64,000 nt of DNA from Octopus sinensis (GCF_006345805.1 NC_043011.1:18798464-18862463), one strand, 5' to 3'. Positions 12,452-28,134 are shown, numbered from the stretch's first letter. Notes: generated from the letters alone by a model not told the origin. Numbers and translations are program-made.

Positions 12452-14101
12452 GCATGTGCATATTTATGTGCGTATACACATACACGCACTCTCCCTCTTT
12501 CTCCCTTTCTCCTTCTGTCACTCTCTACCTCTCCCGCTCTCTCACACACGTAAATTTTTATGTAACTGAAAGTATTCCCTTCTCTCACCCGCCGCATCCT
12601 GAAATCATCCCACCAAATTATTTACACATATTTCCTGTTACAGTACAACATATTTTGAGAGAGATGCGCTATCTACTAACGGATATAATGTAAGTTCATT
12701 TTCACATGATACATAAAATCTCCAAATAATAATGTGCAGTACATAATCTTACTTATTCGACATCCTAAAATAGAGCATATTCTTCACAACATGATTAACT
12801 CATACAATGCACTTTTCTTTACAAACACTACTATTAGCAAAACAAAATAAGTAACAGAATTCAAGCAGCACATAAAAAGTCCAATCACCATTACGAAATA
12901 TCACGCGTATCATTCACTGCCAAAAAAATACAATGCGTATGAAACGCTAAAGTAACACAAAGCATTGTAGAAAAACAACAACGAAATCCCTTTTACATAA
13001 TACAAGCACAGTTCTACACAGATAAAACACAATGCGTCGTGTAACCCTGGAAGAGAAAGAAATACTAGAGAATTCAGCCGAAATTTGTTGAAAAGATATA
13101 ATTTTTTTAAAAATCAATATGTTTATCATGAATATACCAAACAAGCCTTATACACCCGGATCAAAATATTGTATCAAGTTGTGTGTTAAAAATAAATGAA
13201 CATATAATTTCTTTTCAGAGCGTGCAAATCAACAAAGCAATAAGTCTAATGCTGATAATGTGCATACAATAAATAATGATTAGTGAACAATGTAATGCGT
13301 AGAGATAATAAAAGGCGTCATGAAATTTGATTTAATTTAGCAATCACTATCTTCCTTTGTTGTCTTTGAGGAACCTACAACAGAGGAAAACTATATAGAC
13401 AAACTGGCACTTACCTTCATTACTGTATTAGATAACTATCATCATTTATTCAATATTGTAAGAAGTAATATTGTTGATGACGATATCGATGGTAGCAATT
13501 GATATTGGAAAAAGAAAACGTGGATGGTAATTATACGAAAGAGGATGTTAATTGTGTAGAAGTTGTTGTTGTCCATGATGAGGATGATGGTAATAACGAT
13601 GTAATTATGATGTAGTTTTTCTAAAGTATATCGGTGTTCTCCATGAATATATTGATGACGGCGATTATGATGATAATAATTTGGAGAGCACATTTATTAC
13701 AAATAGAATATGATGTTGATAACTAGGAGTTTATGCTAATGATTATAAGGATTAGACAAAGCTAGTAATGAGGATGGCAAATAGGATAGGAATGACATGG
13801 TATAAGATTTGTTAGTTATATATGCGTTACTGTTGTTAATAGCAGTTATGTTAATTTTGCCTACAATTATGATTTACGTATATATCTTATAACTTCTTTT
13901 AACAAAAATACAAAATGTGATATTCAGTGAATGCACTTATATTGATGCATTTCGTCCTGAAAACTCTTTCAGATTTAACCTAGAAATGAATCTCTGTATG
14001 TTTGATAGGTACTGCTTTATGTAAATTCGGTGAGCTAGAAGGATCGTTAGGGAATCGGACACGTTTCCTATCACTATTCCTTCTGATTACTCTTTTACTC
14101 T

Positions 14102-14578
<477 letters not shown>

Positions 14579-14599
14579 ACTTTCTGCGTTCTTTACTTT

Positions 14600-14745
14600 C
14601 TGAGTTGAAATTCCACCGAAGTAAACCTTGAGTTTCTTCATTTCGAGTTTCGATAATATAAGTACCAGTTGAATACTGGGGTTGATTCAATCAATTTACT
14701 ACATCCATAAAATTGCTAGACTTGTGCCAAATTTAGAAAGAAATG
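14600..14745 (+). mobile_element. SINE family B, degenerate body
   Basis: TTCTGAGTTGAAATTCCACCGAAG...TAAGTACCAGTTGAATACTGGGGTTGAT similar to 31508-31658. Confidence 0.6.
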
Positions 14746-17255
14746 TTTCTCTTAGTTCGTGTTCCAACGTAACGCTTAATGTTAAATGTAGATGTGCAAT
14801 TTATAGGGTATTTACAGTACGCTACATAAGCATAAAACATGTGCTGTAACCTTTATAAAATTAAGGCACCCTGGGTCTGATGTATATATGTGTGTATATA
14901 TGTATTCTCGCGTATTCACTTTCTTGTTGAATTTATATATTCTATAAAATTTTTGTGTAGTCGTTTTATATTTTCATTAATGTTGTAGTGTATTTAGTGT
15001 ATATATGACGTTTTGTGCTATGCTGTGATGTTCTCAGATGTTTATCCGCGGGTGCTGAGGTGGATATATGGTTTGTGCGTTTATGTCTGTGTTTATTTAT
15101 GTCTATTAGTTGTTTATGTGTGTTGATTCTATGATTTGATCAATTTTGCTTTAAATTTTATTATCCTTTTATCTAAAGCATCTTATCTTCGATTGAATGA
15201 TTCTATATAGTTTTTGCTTTTATTTGTTTCATATTTTAACCATAAATCGTATGTCTTTTTTATACTGCCAGAGAGGTTGAAAATGTGAAATTGAAACACT
15301 TTTGCATTGTTTATAAGTTTAAATGTGTCTACATATTTTGGCTCTGGCATGCTTATTTTAGTAACTTATAAAAACAATCGCATTATGTAATTGCACCTTT
15401 TCTAGTCATCTCGTTTACAATTAAGTAATAGATAGATCAAACCTTGCAGTTGATTGTAGATTCTAATATTTCAATGCTCCTAATTCAAATCACATTAGTT
15501 TGATACTATCAATTACTATTTAATATAAATAGAAAGGGAGAGGATAGTTAGATATTTTTTACTTTCTATCCGCGAAGATATTTAAAGTATATATATTTGA
15601 ACTGCAGTAACTACAAAAGAACCGTATCTGGGTCCAGATAAAAATTTATTCAGGCATGCATCTGAAGGATACATTTCGCGTGAAGTATACATAGTATGCT
15701 TCAATGGATACTTTTTCAAGAAAATTATACGCCTCTGTATAATGTTACTTTTTACCTGTTGTACTTGCTATGCGCCTAACTGTCATGAGACACATAAAAT
15801 CTTTCTTAATACAGGCTTGAATTTCTTCATATCCCCACTGAAAACTAATGTTATATTAGTGTTTCTTCCGAGAGGTCAATTTCCGTCGAATGTAGACAAA
15901 TGCATTAAATTTACTGAGTTTACTTGCTTTATTGACTTTGTATTTTTTAAAATTTTGAATACATAAACCTGAATATAAGACATAGGTCAGGAACAACTCT
16001 CACTGAACAGAAAATATATCCTGGCGATATTCTAAGCTATATCTGTTGTTTAGTGTAACGGAACCGATTCGCAAAATTATCCCTAAATTAAGCAATATAA
16101 TTTCCATTTCCTTCCAATGTATTTGAACTCATAATCATAATAATCGTTCATGCAATGAACAGTGAAATATTCACCCACTAATTTTGTTTCATAGCCGTAC
16201 GTTTTAAAAAGAGAAATGAATATCAATAAATGCCATCTGTGTTTTATACTTAACGTACGTATGTTAAATCCGGAAAGTTTCGAAAGTTTAGTGAGACTAT
16301 TATTCACTGTACGCAAAATATTCGAGGAGACAGACTGAGTCTGGACATATGATTACAGGGTAAACGACATTGAAAAATGCCGAAGAGAAAGGTATGAAGC
16401 GTCTGGGGTGTCTAGAAATTGCAGCTGGGACGGGTTTTGTTTTTCTGGCTCTAATATATATTTAGTATTTAACACAGCATCTTTCTGAATAAATTTTCTC
16501 CCTGTAAGACATCACCACACCATGCGTGTCAACGTTGTGTATACGTACATATAGATATAGATATATAACGTTTACAATTTAATTCTGATTTGATTGTGTA
16601 CAGGTAATACGTATAGGTCTGAAATAATTATATACAATGTTACAGATAATAGGTGATATATCTGAGAAATAGTTGTAATTATCGATTCTGAGGTATGCAT
16701 TTTCATACATGTATGTGTTATTCAATATACTACATGTGACGTAAATACTGAAACAGCATACGTAAAGACCAAACTAGTATGTGTTAGATAAAGAAAGAGA
16801 CGACATGAAGGACGCTGTCATGTAGCTTCCATTATTTTAGTTATTGATTGCAGCAGTTATCAAACCATCCGTCAACAACACCGATAATCAATCAACACTA
16901 ACCTGATTATCAAGCATTCAGATATGGTTCACTGGCTTCAAGAACAATGAGGTATCCTATAATTAATAATCTAATTATCTTTCGCTGTATTTGCGAAATA
17001 TGTAGAGAATGTTCTCAGGCAATTAGGAAGTATCAGTAATTAATGAAAACGATTACTAATCAGTAGAATAGTGTATATAAAGAAAGGAAATGTATTACAA
17101 GTATAATCATGGCTAAGCTTAACCTTCTTTCGGCTGTGTGTTTATTGCAAAATTCCAGAGACTGCTTCTTCGATAGAATAAAATTAGATGGCAAATTAAC
17201 CTCATTGAAAATGTAGAGAATAGGAGTGAGGTAAAAATGATTATTTATATCATCG

Positions 17256-18118
<863 letters not shown>

Positions 18119-18475
18119 CGTACGCTGGGGTGCAAATATACGAAGCCCAATACACCCAGCATGACCACCCGTCTGGAATAAATGCACTAGGCTCATAATT
18201 CACAGCTATATGGGTGCGATAAGCTGATATCAAGATAAAGATTGCATGAACTTGAAGGTGGGGGACCAGGTATACATTTTTATGGTAGAGAGTTATGAGA
18301 AGTAATATTGTATGGGAGATTGTGTTCAATGCGTATTTCAGTTCCGAAAATTATGAAGCACCCTGCTGTCGTTAAACTACTTGATACATTTATAAGTGTC
18401 GTTGAATAATGAGAGGGAGTGGGATTAAAGTGAAAAAGTGTGACACACGGATACACTGACATTCGCTTTCGCATG

Positions 18476-18575
<100 letters not shown>

Positions 18576-19525
18576 GTAAATGAAAGACGGTATATTTACA
18601 TGTATTGCTTTAGATACTTTTTCTGGCTTATTCAATGTAATCTTCGTCAACTTGTTTAACTTTTTGCGTTGCTAATTAAAGCATTTGTCTAATACGATTC
18701 TCAATCACGTATTTAATGCCTGGTGCAACTACTCACCGCACAGACCGTAAGGTATGATATTTATTGTAGTTGAAGCGAATAATTAAGCAACTAATGAATT
18801 TCACTTAGAATATGATAATTTCAATAATGATATGGATATGAGTATGTGGGATATGAAGATCAGCAGGATTTAATGCTCCAAGAGAAGTGCCTGACCTTCC
18901 TCATTTAAATGCATTCTTCATATTTTTGATGATATTTATACGAATAACAGCTATGTTATACATGTAAACGATGAATATGCGATGGATAAATGTAACATAT
19001 TGAAAATACTAATCCTGGTAATGATGATGACGAAAAAGAGGGTAATAATGATGACTATGGTAAAGTCAACTGCAATTATCACATATTCCACTATGGTAGA
19101 ATGCCTATGTCAATTACTAATTGTCAATATTTCGGCCATAATTCTCTCATTTATAATTAAAAATTGTTCATGTATGTTAATTAATAATGGCTAATTAACT
19201 TGATGTAAGACTTCAGTTATTAGATAACACAGCAAAATCTTATTAATTTAAACATTATTGTTGTCGCGGTTTCGATGTGATTAAGTAGTACAACTATTTG
19301 CTTTCATTATATTTTCTGTGATAAAATGTTTAGTTATTTTATATCGCATCCGTGAACAATAGTGTCGGTGGTTACATATTTAAATATTTCGATACACCTA
19401 ACATTAATCAAATGTTTTTGTGGTTATAAGAGTCACTACGATGTATTCGTGATTCGATGCATGGCGCTTAAAACGCAAAACATCATACCAAGTCACCGAG
19501 AGAAGCATACATATATGCATATGTA

Positions 19526-19621
<96 letters not shown>

Positions 19622-19767
19622 TATAATAATAATAATAATTATAATAATAATAATAATGATAATAATAATAATAATTGGGAATTTGGCTCCAAACTTACAG
19701 GGAAAAATTAGATTTAGTATTAAATCAAATTTCAAAGTATGAATATATAAACTTTTATCTCTAATTC

Positions 19768-19805
<38 letters not shown>

Positions 19806-19808
<3 letters not shown>

Positions 19809-21165
19809 TTGCGGCCAAAATGTTCAGAACGGCATTGTTTTCGTCAGAAAAGTAGGTATAAGTTTTTAACAAAGTTGTTTTCACAGACAATAAATACGAT
19901 ATAAATTGGTATTGTGTGAGATTTTGGTGTAATTTGAGTGGATAATACAAAAGTTAGGGATGATATAGTGATTTAATGCAAAACACATGGTGGCCAAAAT
20001 GATCAGAACGGTTGAAAAAATAACAAAATAATCAAAAAGTGACAGAGAATGCTGGAATTATTTCATATTTAGTGTGAAGTCCTTTAGCATCAATCAAAAC
20101 TTGACATTTTTGACTGCATGGGGAAAATTAAATTTTCAATTTCTTGCTGGGTGATCTTATTCAATTCTACCTGATGGGTATTCCAATATTGCTCGGTTGT
20201 AATCGCACCAAAGGGGCCACACCATCTCCAGATATCATCCCCCAAACCATGACACTTCCTCTACCGAATTTAACACTAGTCTTAAGGCATTTAGGTGACA
20301 ATTTTTCACCTACTTTTCGACAAACGTACCTTTTCCCATCTGAGCCAAATAACATAGACTTAGATTCATCGCTGAAATGCACCGTTTGCCATTTTTCTTG
20401 AGACCACAACACATGTTCGGTTGCAAAGGTAAGACGACACTTTTTATTCTTGGAGCTGATCAGTGTCTTCACTGCAGGTGCTCTTGCTTGTAGGTCATGT
20501 TCAACTAAAGGACGAGACACAGTTTTTCGAGATAAAGTTTTCTTCAGTACTATGCTCATTTCCCGGAAAACAGCAGCAGCAGTTTTAAATATGTCCTTTT
20601 TAACCAACTTTACCATAGCACGACCTTCTCTCTTGGTCGTTTTTCTTCGCCTACCTGTAGATGTTTTTGCTTCACACGAACCACAATCATCGTAGACCTT
20701 AAGAATACCGTGAACAACACTTTTTCACTTGTTAATAATCTTTGCAATAGACCTAATACTTAAGCTATCCTTCTTTCCAAGCTTAATAATCTGATGACGA
20801 ATTGGTAACGGAGTAAGTGGCATTATATTAACAAAGTACACAGCAGATATTCTTACTAATGTTTAGTAAACGAACTGTCACATAAACAAATGCAAAACAT
20901 TAGAGTTCGACGGTTACATATACTAAAACATGAAGTAAAAGCAACCGTTCTGATCATTTTGGCCACCATGGGTTTTGCAGTAAATCACTATATCATCCAT
21001 AACTTTTGTATTATCCTCTCACATTACACTAAAATATCAGACAATAACGAATACTATAGTATTTATTGCCTGTGAAAATTATAGAATATAAAACAACTTT
21101 GATAAAAACTTATACCCATTTTTCTGTTGAAAACTATGCCGTTCTGAACATTTTAGCCGCAACTG
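19806..21165 (-). mobile_element. Tc1-like transposon with intact IR/DR termini and internal deletion
   Basis: Ends CAGTTGCGGCCAAAATGTTCAGAACGG and CCGTTCTGAACATTTTAGCCGCAACTG, flanked by TA; inner repeats GGCCAAAATGATCAGAACGG; transposase from ATG 20823 (one stop) through VHFSDESK and SVMVWGMI, then jumps to C-terminal AKGLHTKY. Confidence 0.95.
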
Positions 21166-21272
21166 TATATATATATATATATAATTGAATAAGGGTAGAA
21201 ATTGATATTAATCAATTAAAACCAGTGGCCTAGCATATTAAAAAAATCCGAAGATTAAAATATTTTACATAC

Positions 21273-21469
21273 AAAATTTAAAGGACTGACCACTAAAAGT
21301 GGACGGTCAACATGCTAGATATAGACACAAAATCGCTATTTTCCACGAAGAATGTGTTCTCAAATTTGAGAACACATTTGAGAACACATTCTTCGCGGAA
21401 AATAGCGATTTGGACGTCTATATCTAGCATGTTGACCGTCCACTTTTAGTTGTCAGTCCTTTAAATTTT
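21273..21469. repeat. fold-back palindrome with spacer-less centre
   Basis: AAAGGACTGACCACTAAAAGTGGACGGTCAACATGCTAGATATAGAC pairs with GTCTATATCTAGCATGTTGACCGTCCACTTTTAGTTGTCAGTCCTTT; centre TGTGTTCTCAAA|TTTGAGAACACA. Confidence 0.9.
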
Positions 21470-21492
21470 ATTTATATATGTGTGTATGTATG

Positions 21493-21539
<47 letters not shown>

Positions 21540-21544
<5 letters not shown>

Positions 21545-22406
21545 TAAATATATATGTATATATATAAAGAGAGATAGATAGATAGATAGATAGATACATA
21601 CATACATACATATATACATACATGCATATATACATCCATCCATATATAGGCAGGTGCGTATTTTCTATCCCTTATAGTTTGCGAAGTTTACGGGTGTGCA
21701 GCGTAGAAAGGGCGAACATAGCTCTTTCATAGATGGGTAGATGTGTTTAGAGGTATCAGTCAGGCACACACACACCTGCCGGTGAAATTCCGTGAAAAAG
21801 CGAGGCACAAAGTTTTTGCAACTCTCTTCATTCGCAATTTCTCGCGGAAAGTTCGTTGTCGCCAGGATCACCAGTCATATCAAAATGTTTGTCAATTATT
21901 CGCTGACGTTCGTCCAAGATCAGTTCATGAAATGTTCATGTTTTTTTCATTCGTTCAGAAGGTCTATGGTTATTCTGAACGAGATTCGTCTTTAAGCTAC
22001 AAGTAACCGTTCCTAAATCGTGGAAACCACTCGCAAGCAAACGCATTGCTCATGGAAGTATCTTTGTAAGCTATTTGAAATTTGGCACTTGTTGTTTCAA
22101 CCACCGTACTCCCCAGCAGAAAATAGAATTTCACGGAAGCAGGTTGTTCCTTCCTTTCAACTATCGCAGAACTCAACGAACATGGGAAAATCAGTGAGCA
22201 CCGAAAATGCACCTCGTTGCAGTACGGCTATAACAGATGACTCTGGTTAGCAGACCGATGCTTGAGCGTCACACAGGGAACACTTCTAGTTACTTTTGAG
22301 TACTATCTAGTATACACACACATTTATATATATATATAATATTGATACAATACATAAACCCAGAATATGAGCACATTTGTACACGCATATGGATATTTAT
22401 ATTTAT

Positions 22407-22451
<45 letters not shown>

Positions 22452-23337
22452 ATATATATATATATATGTACATAAATATATATGTATATATATAAAGAGA
22501 GATAGATAGATAGATAGATAGATACATACATACATACATATATACATACATGCATATATACATCCATCCATATATAGGCAGGTGCGTATTTTCTATCCCT
22601 TATAGTTTGCGAAGTTTACGGGTGTGCAGCGTAGAAAGGGCGAACATAGCTCTTTCATAGATGGGTAGATGTGTTTAGAGGTATCAGTCAGGCACACAAC
22701 ACACCTGCCGGTGAAATTCCGTGAAAAAGCGAGGCACAAAGTTTTTGCAACTCTCTTCATTCGCAATTTCTCGCGGAAAGTTCGTTGTCGCCAGGATCAC
22801 CAGTCATATCAAAATGTTTGTCAATTATTCGCTGACGTTCGTCCAAGATCAGTTCATGAAATGTTCATGTTTTTTTCATTCGTTCAGAAGGTCTATGGTT
22901 ATTCTGAACGAGATTCGTCTTTAAGCTACAAGTAACCGTTCCTAAATCGTGGAAACCACTCGCAAGCAAACGCATTGCTCATGGAAGTATCTTTGTAAGC
23001 TATTTGAAATTTGGCACTTGTTGTTTCAACCACCGTACTCCCCAGCAGAAAATAGAATTTCACGGAAGCAGGTTGTTCCTTCCTTTCAACTATCGCAGAA
23101 CTCAACGAACATGGGAAAATCAGTGAGCACCGAAAATGCACCTCGTTGCAGTACGGCTATAACAGATGACTCTGGTTAGCAGACCGATGCTTGAGCGTCA
23201 CACAGGGAACACTTCTAGTTACTTTTGAGTACTATCTAGTATACACACACATTTATATATATATATATAATATTGATACAATACATAAACCCAGAATATG
23301 AGCACATTTGTACACGCATATGGATATTTATATTTAT

Positions 23338-23395
<58 letters not shown>
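21540..23395. repeat. near-identical tandem duplication, unit about 928-930 bp, bounded by (TA)n
   Basis: Identical ORFs at 21792/22721, 21997/22926 and 22020/22949; only small indels noticed. Confidence 0.9.
21770..22200 (+). mobile_element. highly decayed mariner-like remnant (duplicated at about 22700-23130)
   Basis: KFREKARHKVFATLF resembles KFxxxxSAGKVMATVF, and HLLFQPPYSP resembles LxHPPYSPDL; nothing else convincing. Confidence 0.35.
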
Positions 23396-23415
<20 letters not shown>

Positions 23416-23574
23416 TAAATTAGAGATAAAACAACTATTAGGCAAATCAAATAGTGAAAAACATAACCAAAACAGAAATAAAATTAATATAATATACAAA
23501 ATATATGAAATATAGAATTCAAAATTTGAATTATTTAAATTTAAATTAAAATTAAAAATTAAAAATTATTAACT

Positions 23575-23608
<34 letters not shown>

Positions 23609-23882
23609 ATATATATATTTATTTATTTTTATTTTTATTTATTTATTTATTTATTTGTTTTTATTTTTATTTATATATATATATATATTTTAATTTATTT
23701 ATTAAATATATATAACTATCAAAAAGTATTAAAATGTTTAATATAAGATAAAGAGTAAAACAACTACGATCGTTTCATGCCCATAACCTAATTCGAATAC
23801 CGATAATTTAAATTCAATTAATAATTCGAATTATGGTATTAGTGAATCTTCAAAAGTGAAAATGAAGTTTATTTAAATACAG

Positions 23883-23952
<70 letters not shown>

Positions 23953-24144
23953 CAAATAAATTTACTTTTGCACGGAGGAAAAAAAAACTAGTGAAACCTA
24001 AGGAGAGAATACATACATTTTTATCTCCACATCTGTTTCACAGTGCTCATGATTACATAATATTTGTAATGCTCATAAGTAGCAGATTTAACGCGTATGC
24101 GTGTATTTACATACGTATATATCTATGTGTGTATAGATTGGCAT

Positions 24145-24145
<1 letters not shown>

Positions 24146-24220
<75 letters not shown>
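24146..24220. repeat. (GATA)n microsatellite
   Basis: Direct reading. Confidence 0.95.
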
Positions 24221-25269
24221 GTAAATATTGGAATTGAAGCTACTGCCATTGATTATAATAAACGGGATATTAACTTTGGTGCATATTTTATGTGAAAAAA
24301 ACGTGTGCAACATATTTTTCTATAGACAGAACATTAACTAACGGGTTTCAATTTTTTCTTATGATATGTTCTGTCGACGTAGCATCTTACTCGCCATCTA
24401 ATATTAAAAGTAGTTAAATATTTATATATTTTTTTCTTTTTGAAAAAGAAACATTTCTCTGTTGGAATTGCAATTTCTATTACTGACATATTAACTCATG
24501 TGACCTATGTTTAGATTACTTTTAAACTTTTGTTGCAGCTGCATTGAATTACCTGCATTTTACTTTTGCAATAGCTGACATGACGTTTATGCACATCATG
24601 AATATACACAAGATTAGGATTATGTGTTTATGAAATATAATTTTTGGAATGGCAAGGAAATAGTAAGGAAATGTTTCTTAAAGATTAAGTAATGAAAAAT
24701 AAGATCGTATATATAACAATTCTTCCATTCCTTCGAGAAAACTAAAATAACACAGTGTTAATAGAATCTTCAGTAAAAGGGTAGCAGGAAAATATTTTAC
24801 TGAAAACAATACTTTATGTTCTTTATGTTTCTTCTGTACAAAAAAGGTTTCTGTTTGGTTATTCATCTCGTTGTTCTTGTTCTCATTCTTAGATAAAGTT
24901 TTGACAAATATATATTCTGATGCCCAAGGAGATGACACACCGGAAAAAAATATTGTGCAAGAAGATGATTGTATTTATAGGAAGTACGAAAAAGTTAATA
25001 GGTAAATATTAGGAATGGTTTGCGTACACATAAAACCTGTACCTAAAATCGGAGTAGAATATTAATAGAAGGAATATACCATTGTAAGGAATGGAGGTTT
25101 AACTCCCGATGATGTCATAATGGCAGCTTTGTGACATTATGTCTGTTATCTGTAATTAGCTCGATGGAGCACTGACTCGTGATTTCTGAAATGCCCGGAG
25201 ATGGTGGGGGCAGCAAAAATATGATTTATTTATACAAAAACAGTATGGTAAAAAACTTGAAGTCAGTTC

Positions 25270-25930
25270 TAACAGCAGGTAGAAGACAACACGAAAAAAT
25301 GTAACATCAAGAAGGGAATCTTTCAAGGAAACATAATGTCACTCTTATTGTTTATTGCTAGCATCTTACCAAGTTTCTGAGAGTGATGGGACCTCTTTTC
25401 TAACTCGACAAATACTGGGCCAATTTATCATATGTCGATTATGAACGATTTGAAGATTATAGTGCTTGTAGAGGTGAACTGCATTCTCGTACTGAGACCG
25501 AATGAAGTTTCTCTGTAAACATACTGAAGGCAAAAAAGAAAGCACCTTGCCTGATAATTGAGGTAGCATGTCTTGATGACACCAGGATGGAAGTGAAAGA
25601 AGAAAAACTTACCAATTATGACGATTTCAAGGGGCAAAATACGCAGAGAAGATCAATGAAGAGCGTGGACATGATGCCAATAGTAGTTGGCACGCTAGGG
25701 AGTATCAGCTGTCAACTGCTAACATGGGTCAAAATGATTCGTACTGGTGTAAATATAGAACACTTCCAAAACGCATAATTGCTTGGAATTGCAATGTTCT
25801 GTGCAGAGGTCATGAAGCATAATCAGGGAAAAAATGTGACATAAGTCTGCTGGCAGTGGACAGCTGACACTTTCCATCATACCTTGCAAAATAAGCTGAG
25901 AACTTTAAATTAATAATAATGATTATAATG
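25270..25930 (+). mobile_element. internally deleted R4/Dong-like retrotransposon remnant
   Basis: IKKGIFQGNIMSLLLF (RT QG motif) at about 25305-25355, then LIIEVACLDDTRMEVKEEKLTNYDD...PIVVGTLG (RLE domain) and a short TAA tail. Confidence 0.8.
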
Positions 25931-25954
25931 ATATTTACTTTACTCTCTACTGAT

Positions 25955-26160
25955 TTGTTTCAGTCATTTGACTGTGGCCATGCTGGAACACCGCTTCTTT
26001 TAGTCGAGCAAATCGACCCCACGACTTCTTCTTCATAAGCCTAGTACTTATTCTATCGGTCTCTTTTGCCGAACCGCTAAGTTACGTGGACGTAAACACA
26101 TCAGCATCCGTTGTCAAGCGATGTTGGGGGGGGGAGACAAACACAGACACACAAACATAT

Positions 26161-26190
<30 letters not shown>
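25955..26190 (-). mobile_element. SINE family A 3' half, interrupted at its internal (TA)n by a Penelope-like element
   Basis: CAGTCATTTGACTGTGGCCATGCTGG...GTCAAGCGATGTTGGGGG matches 14110-14290; the matching 5' half lies at 28845-28972. Confidence 0.85.
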
Positions 26191-26238
<48 letters not shown>

Positions 26239-28134
26239 GATCAATAAATGGTGGGGTTGTGTTGACCGCACGTGGAGAAATGATAAGTAAGGAAAAATTT
26301 TTTTTTAAATGCAGGATGCTCAAATGAAAGAAAATTTTAATAAAATGAGAAAATGATAAAATATATAAATATATATTTATTTAACCGGTTTTCGTCATTG
26401 TATGACTTGTCAAGAATATTTATGTTTTAAGAAGTTATTTTAAAAATTAGAAAGGGGAAAAAAAGAAAATTGCATTGTTTTTTGTAAAAGAATAATGATA
26501 AAAATGTACAAAAATTAAAAAATAAGTTCTCCGATACATTGTGAGTTCGTTGTGTATCTTGAGTTTTATGGTTGTTTACCAAAAAATTACCTTGGGGTGT
26601 TAAGATCCAAAGGGATTAAGAGTATGTGATGTGTTGTGTTGTTAAATTCAGCATGTTGCAGGACAGGAAGTAGTACTAATTGTGGTCCTGGTTCTTCAGT
26701 TCCTGTGTTGTGGGTAAGGGGAGACAACTCTTTTGAGTTCTTCAATAAAACCCAAATTATAAAACTATCATTTTAGCTTCATTTGCATTATCTTTTTTAT
26801 ATAATTGCTTGTTAACTTAACTTTCAGATTTTAACACTTTATTTATATTATTTTCTAATAATATAAATCTGCATAGACAATTGCATTTCAAATTGTCATA
26901 TCATTTATAATAAAAATGATAGTAATAACAACAAAAGTAAAAATGATATTTAAAGAATATAAGTTTTAGCTTGAAGTGATGAATGCATGGTATCTTTATA
27001 TATTTGTGTTAGTCCATCCATGAAGACTGAGGTAGAGAAAGGAAGTTTGATCAACGAGGAGTTTGCATATTAAGTTGTGTTTGGAATTTTTAATAAAGAG
27101 ATTCTCCTTGTTAATTCTCTCCTGTGTGGTGATCCCGTCTTTACATTGGTAGAAGGGGAATATATAGAATTTGGGGTTTAAGTCTTTAGCACATGAGTCT
27201 AAGTGGTCACTCAGTGGAATTTGTCGGTATTCCGGGAGATTTATTTGTTCTTTATGCACCGTTACTCGTTTACGTAACGGGAGACTCGTTTGTCCAACAT
27301 AATTATGTTGGCAACCAGCGCATGTGAGAACGTAGATAAGGTTCTCGGAGGAACAGGAGAAGTTAGTCTTGATTTTAAACTTCGTACCTTCTTTGAAGGT
27401 AAATTCAGAGCCTTCAAGTAGAAAGGGGCAGGTACCACAGTTTGAGCGTGCACATTTTTTTACTGTTGGGGGTGGATGTTGTGTGTGAAGTTTGGCATTT
27501 GTCAAGAGTTTTTTTAAAGATTTGTGTTGCCTTTTGCATTTGAGGATTTTGTGTGTATTTATAATGTTTTTCATTTTTGGGTCTGTTGACAGTAGACTGA
27601 GGTTTTGTATGATTGTGGTGTATGCTTCGATATTTTTGGGGTTGTGGTGGAAATGTATGGAAGTATTTTGAGGTTGTGTGTGGTGTTAGGTGGGTGGTTT
27701 TCAGTGTAGTGTTGTCTAGTTCTTTGGCGCGTTTTATTCCATACTCTATAAGGGTGGAGGGATATTGACGTTGTAATAGTGTTTTTTTTGAGGTCTTGAA
27801 GGCGTATTTCTCGTGTTTTTGGATCCGAGACAATGGTGCATACCCTTTTAGCTAATTGAAAGGGATATTTGTCTTGGTGTGTTTTGGGTGGCATGAACTA
27901 AAGAGGAGGTATTGTTGTGAGTCTGTAGGTTTGTGGTAGATGTCTGTTATGATTTGGTTCTTAGGTGTTTTTATAATTAGGAGATCAAGGAATGGGAGAT
28001 GATGTTTGCTTAATTCCATAGTGAATTGGATGTTGGGATGTATGTTGTTTAGTATGGTTTTGAATTCCAGGAGTTTTTCATAAGGTTCTTTCCATATGAT
28101 GAAACAATCATCTAAATACCTTTTCCAGTTTTCC
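26239..28134 (-). mobile_element. 5'-truncated Penelope-like retroelement (RT + GIY-YIG endonuclease, frameshifted) with terminal pLTR region
   Basis: WKRYLDDCFIIW (RT catalytic motif), HPNIQFTME..LPFLDL, TDIYHKPTDSQQYL..SSCHP, then NLIYVLTCAGCQHNYVGQT (GIY-YIG) across ORFs 27852-28154, 27571-27894, 27414-27833 and 26996-27574. Confidence 0.95.
26378..26418 (-). ncRNA. hammerhead-like motif with U3-A8 core in the Penelope terminus
   Basis: UAUUC-UUGACAA-GUCA(UACAA)UGAC-GAA-A-ACCGGU-U-AAAUA; same strand as the RT ORF; one stem I mismatch. Confidence 0.55.

Noticed and set aside
13370-13420. Minus-strand AAG|GTAAGT donor and TGTAG acceptor
   Set aside because: Implied intron is only about 40 nt and the upstream sequence is low complexity
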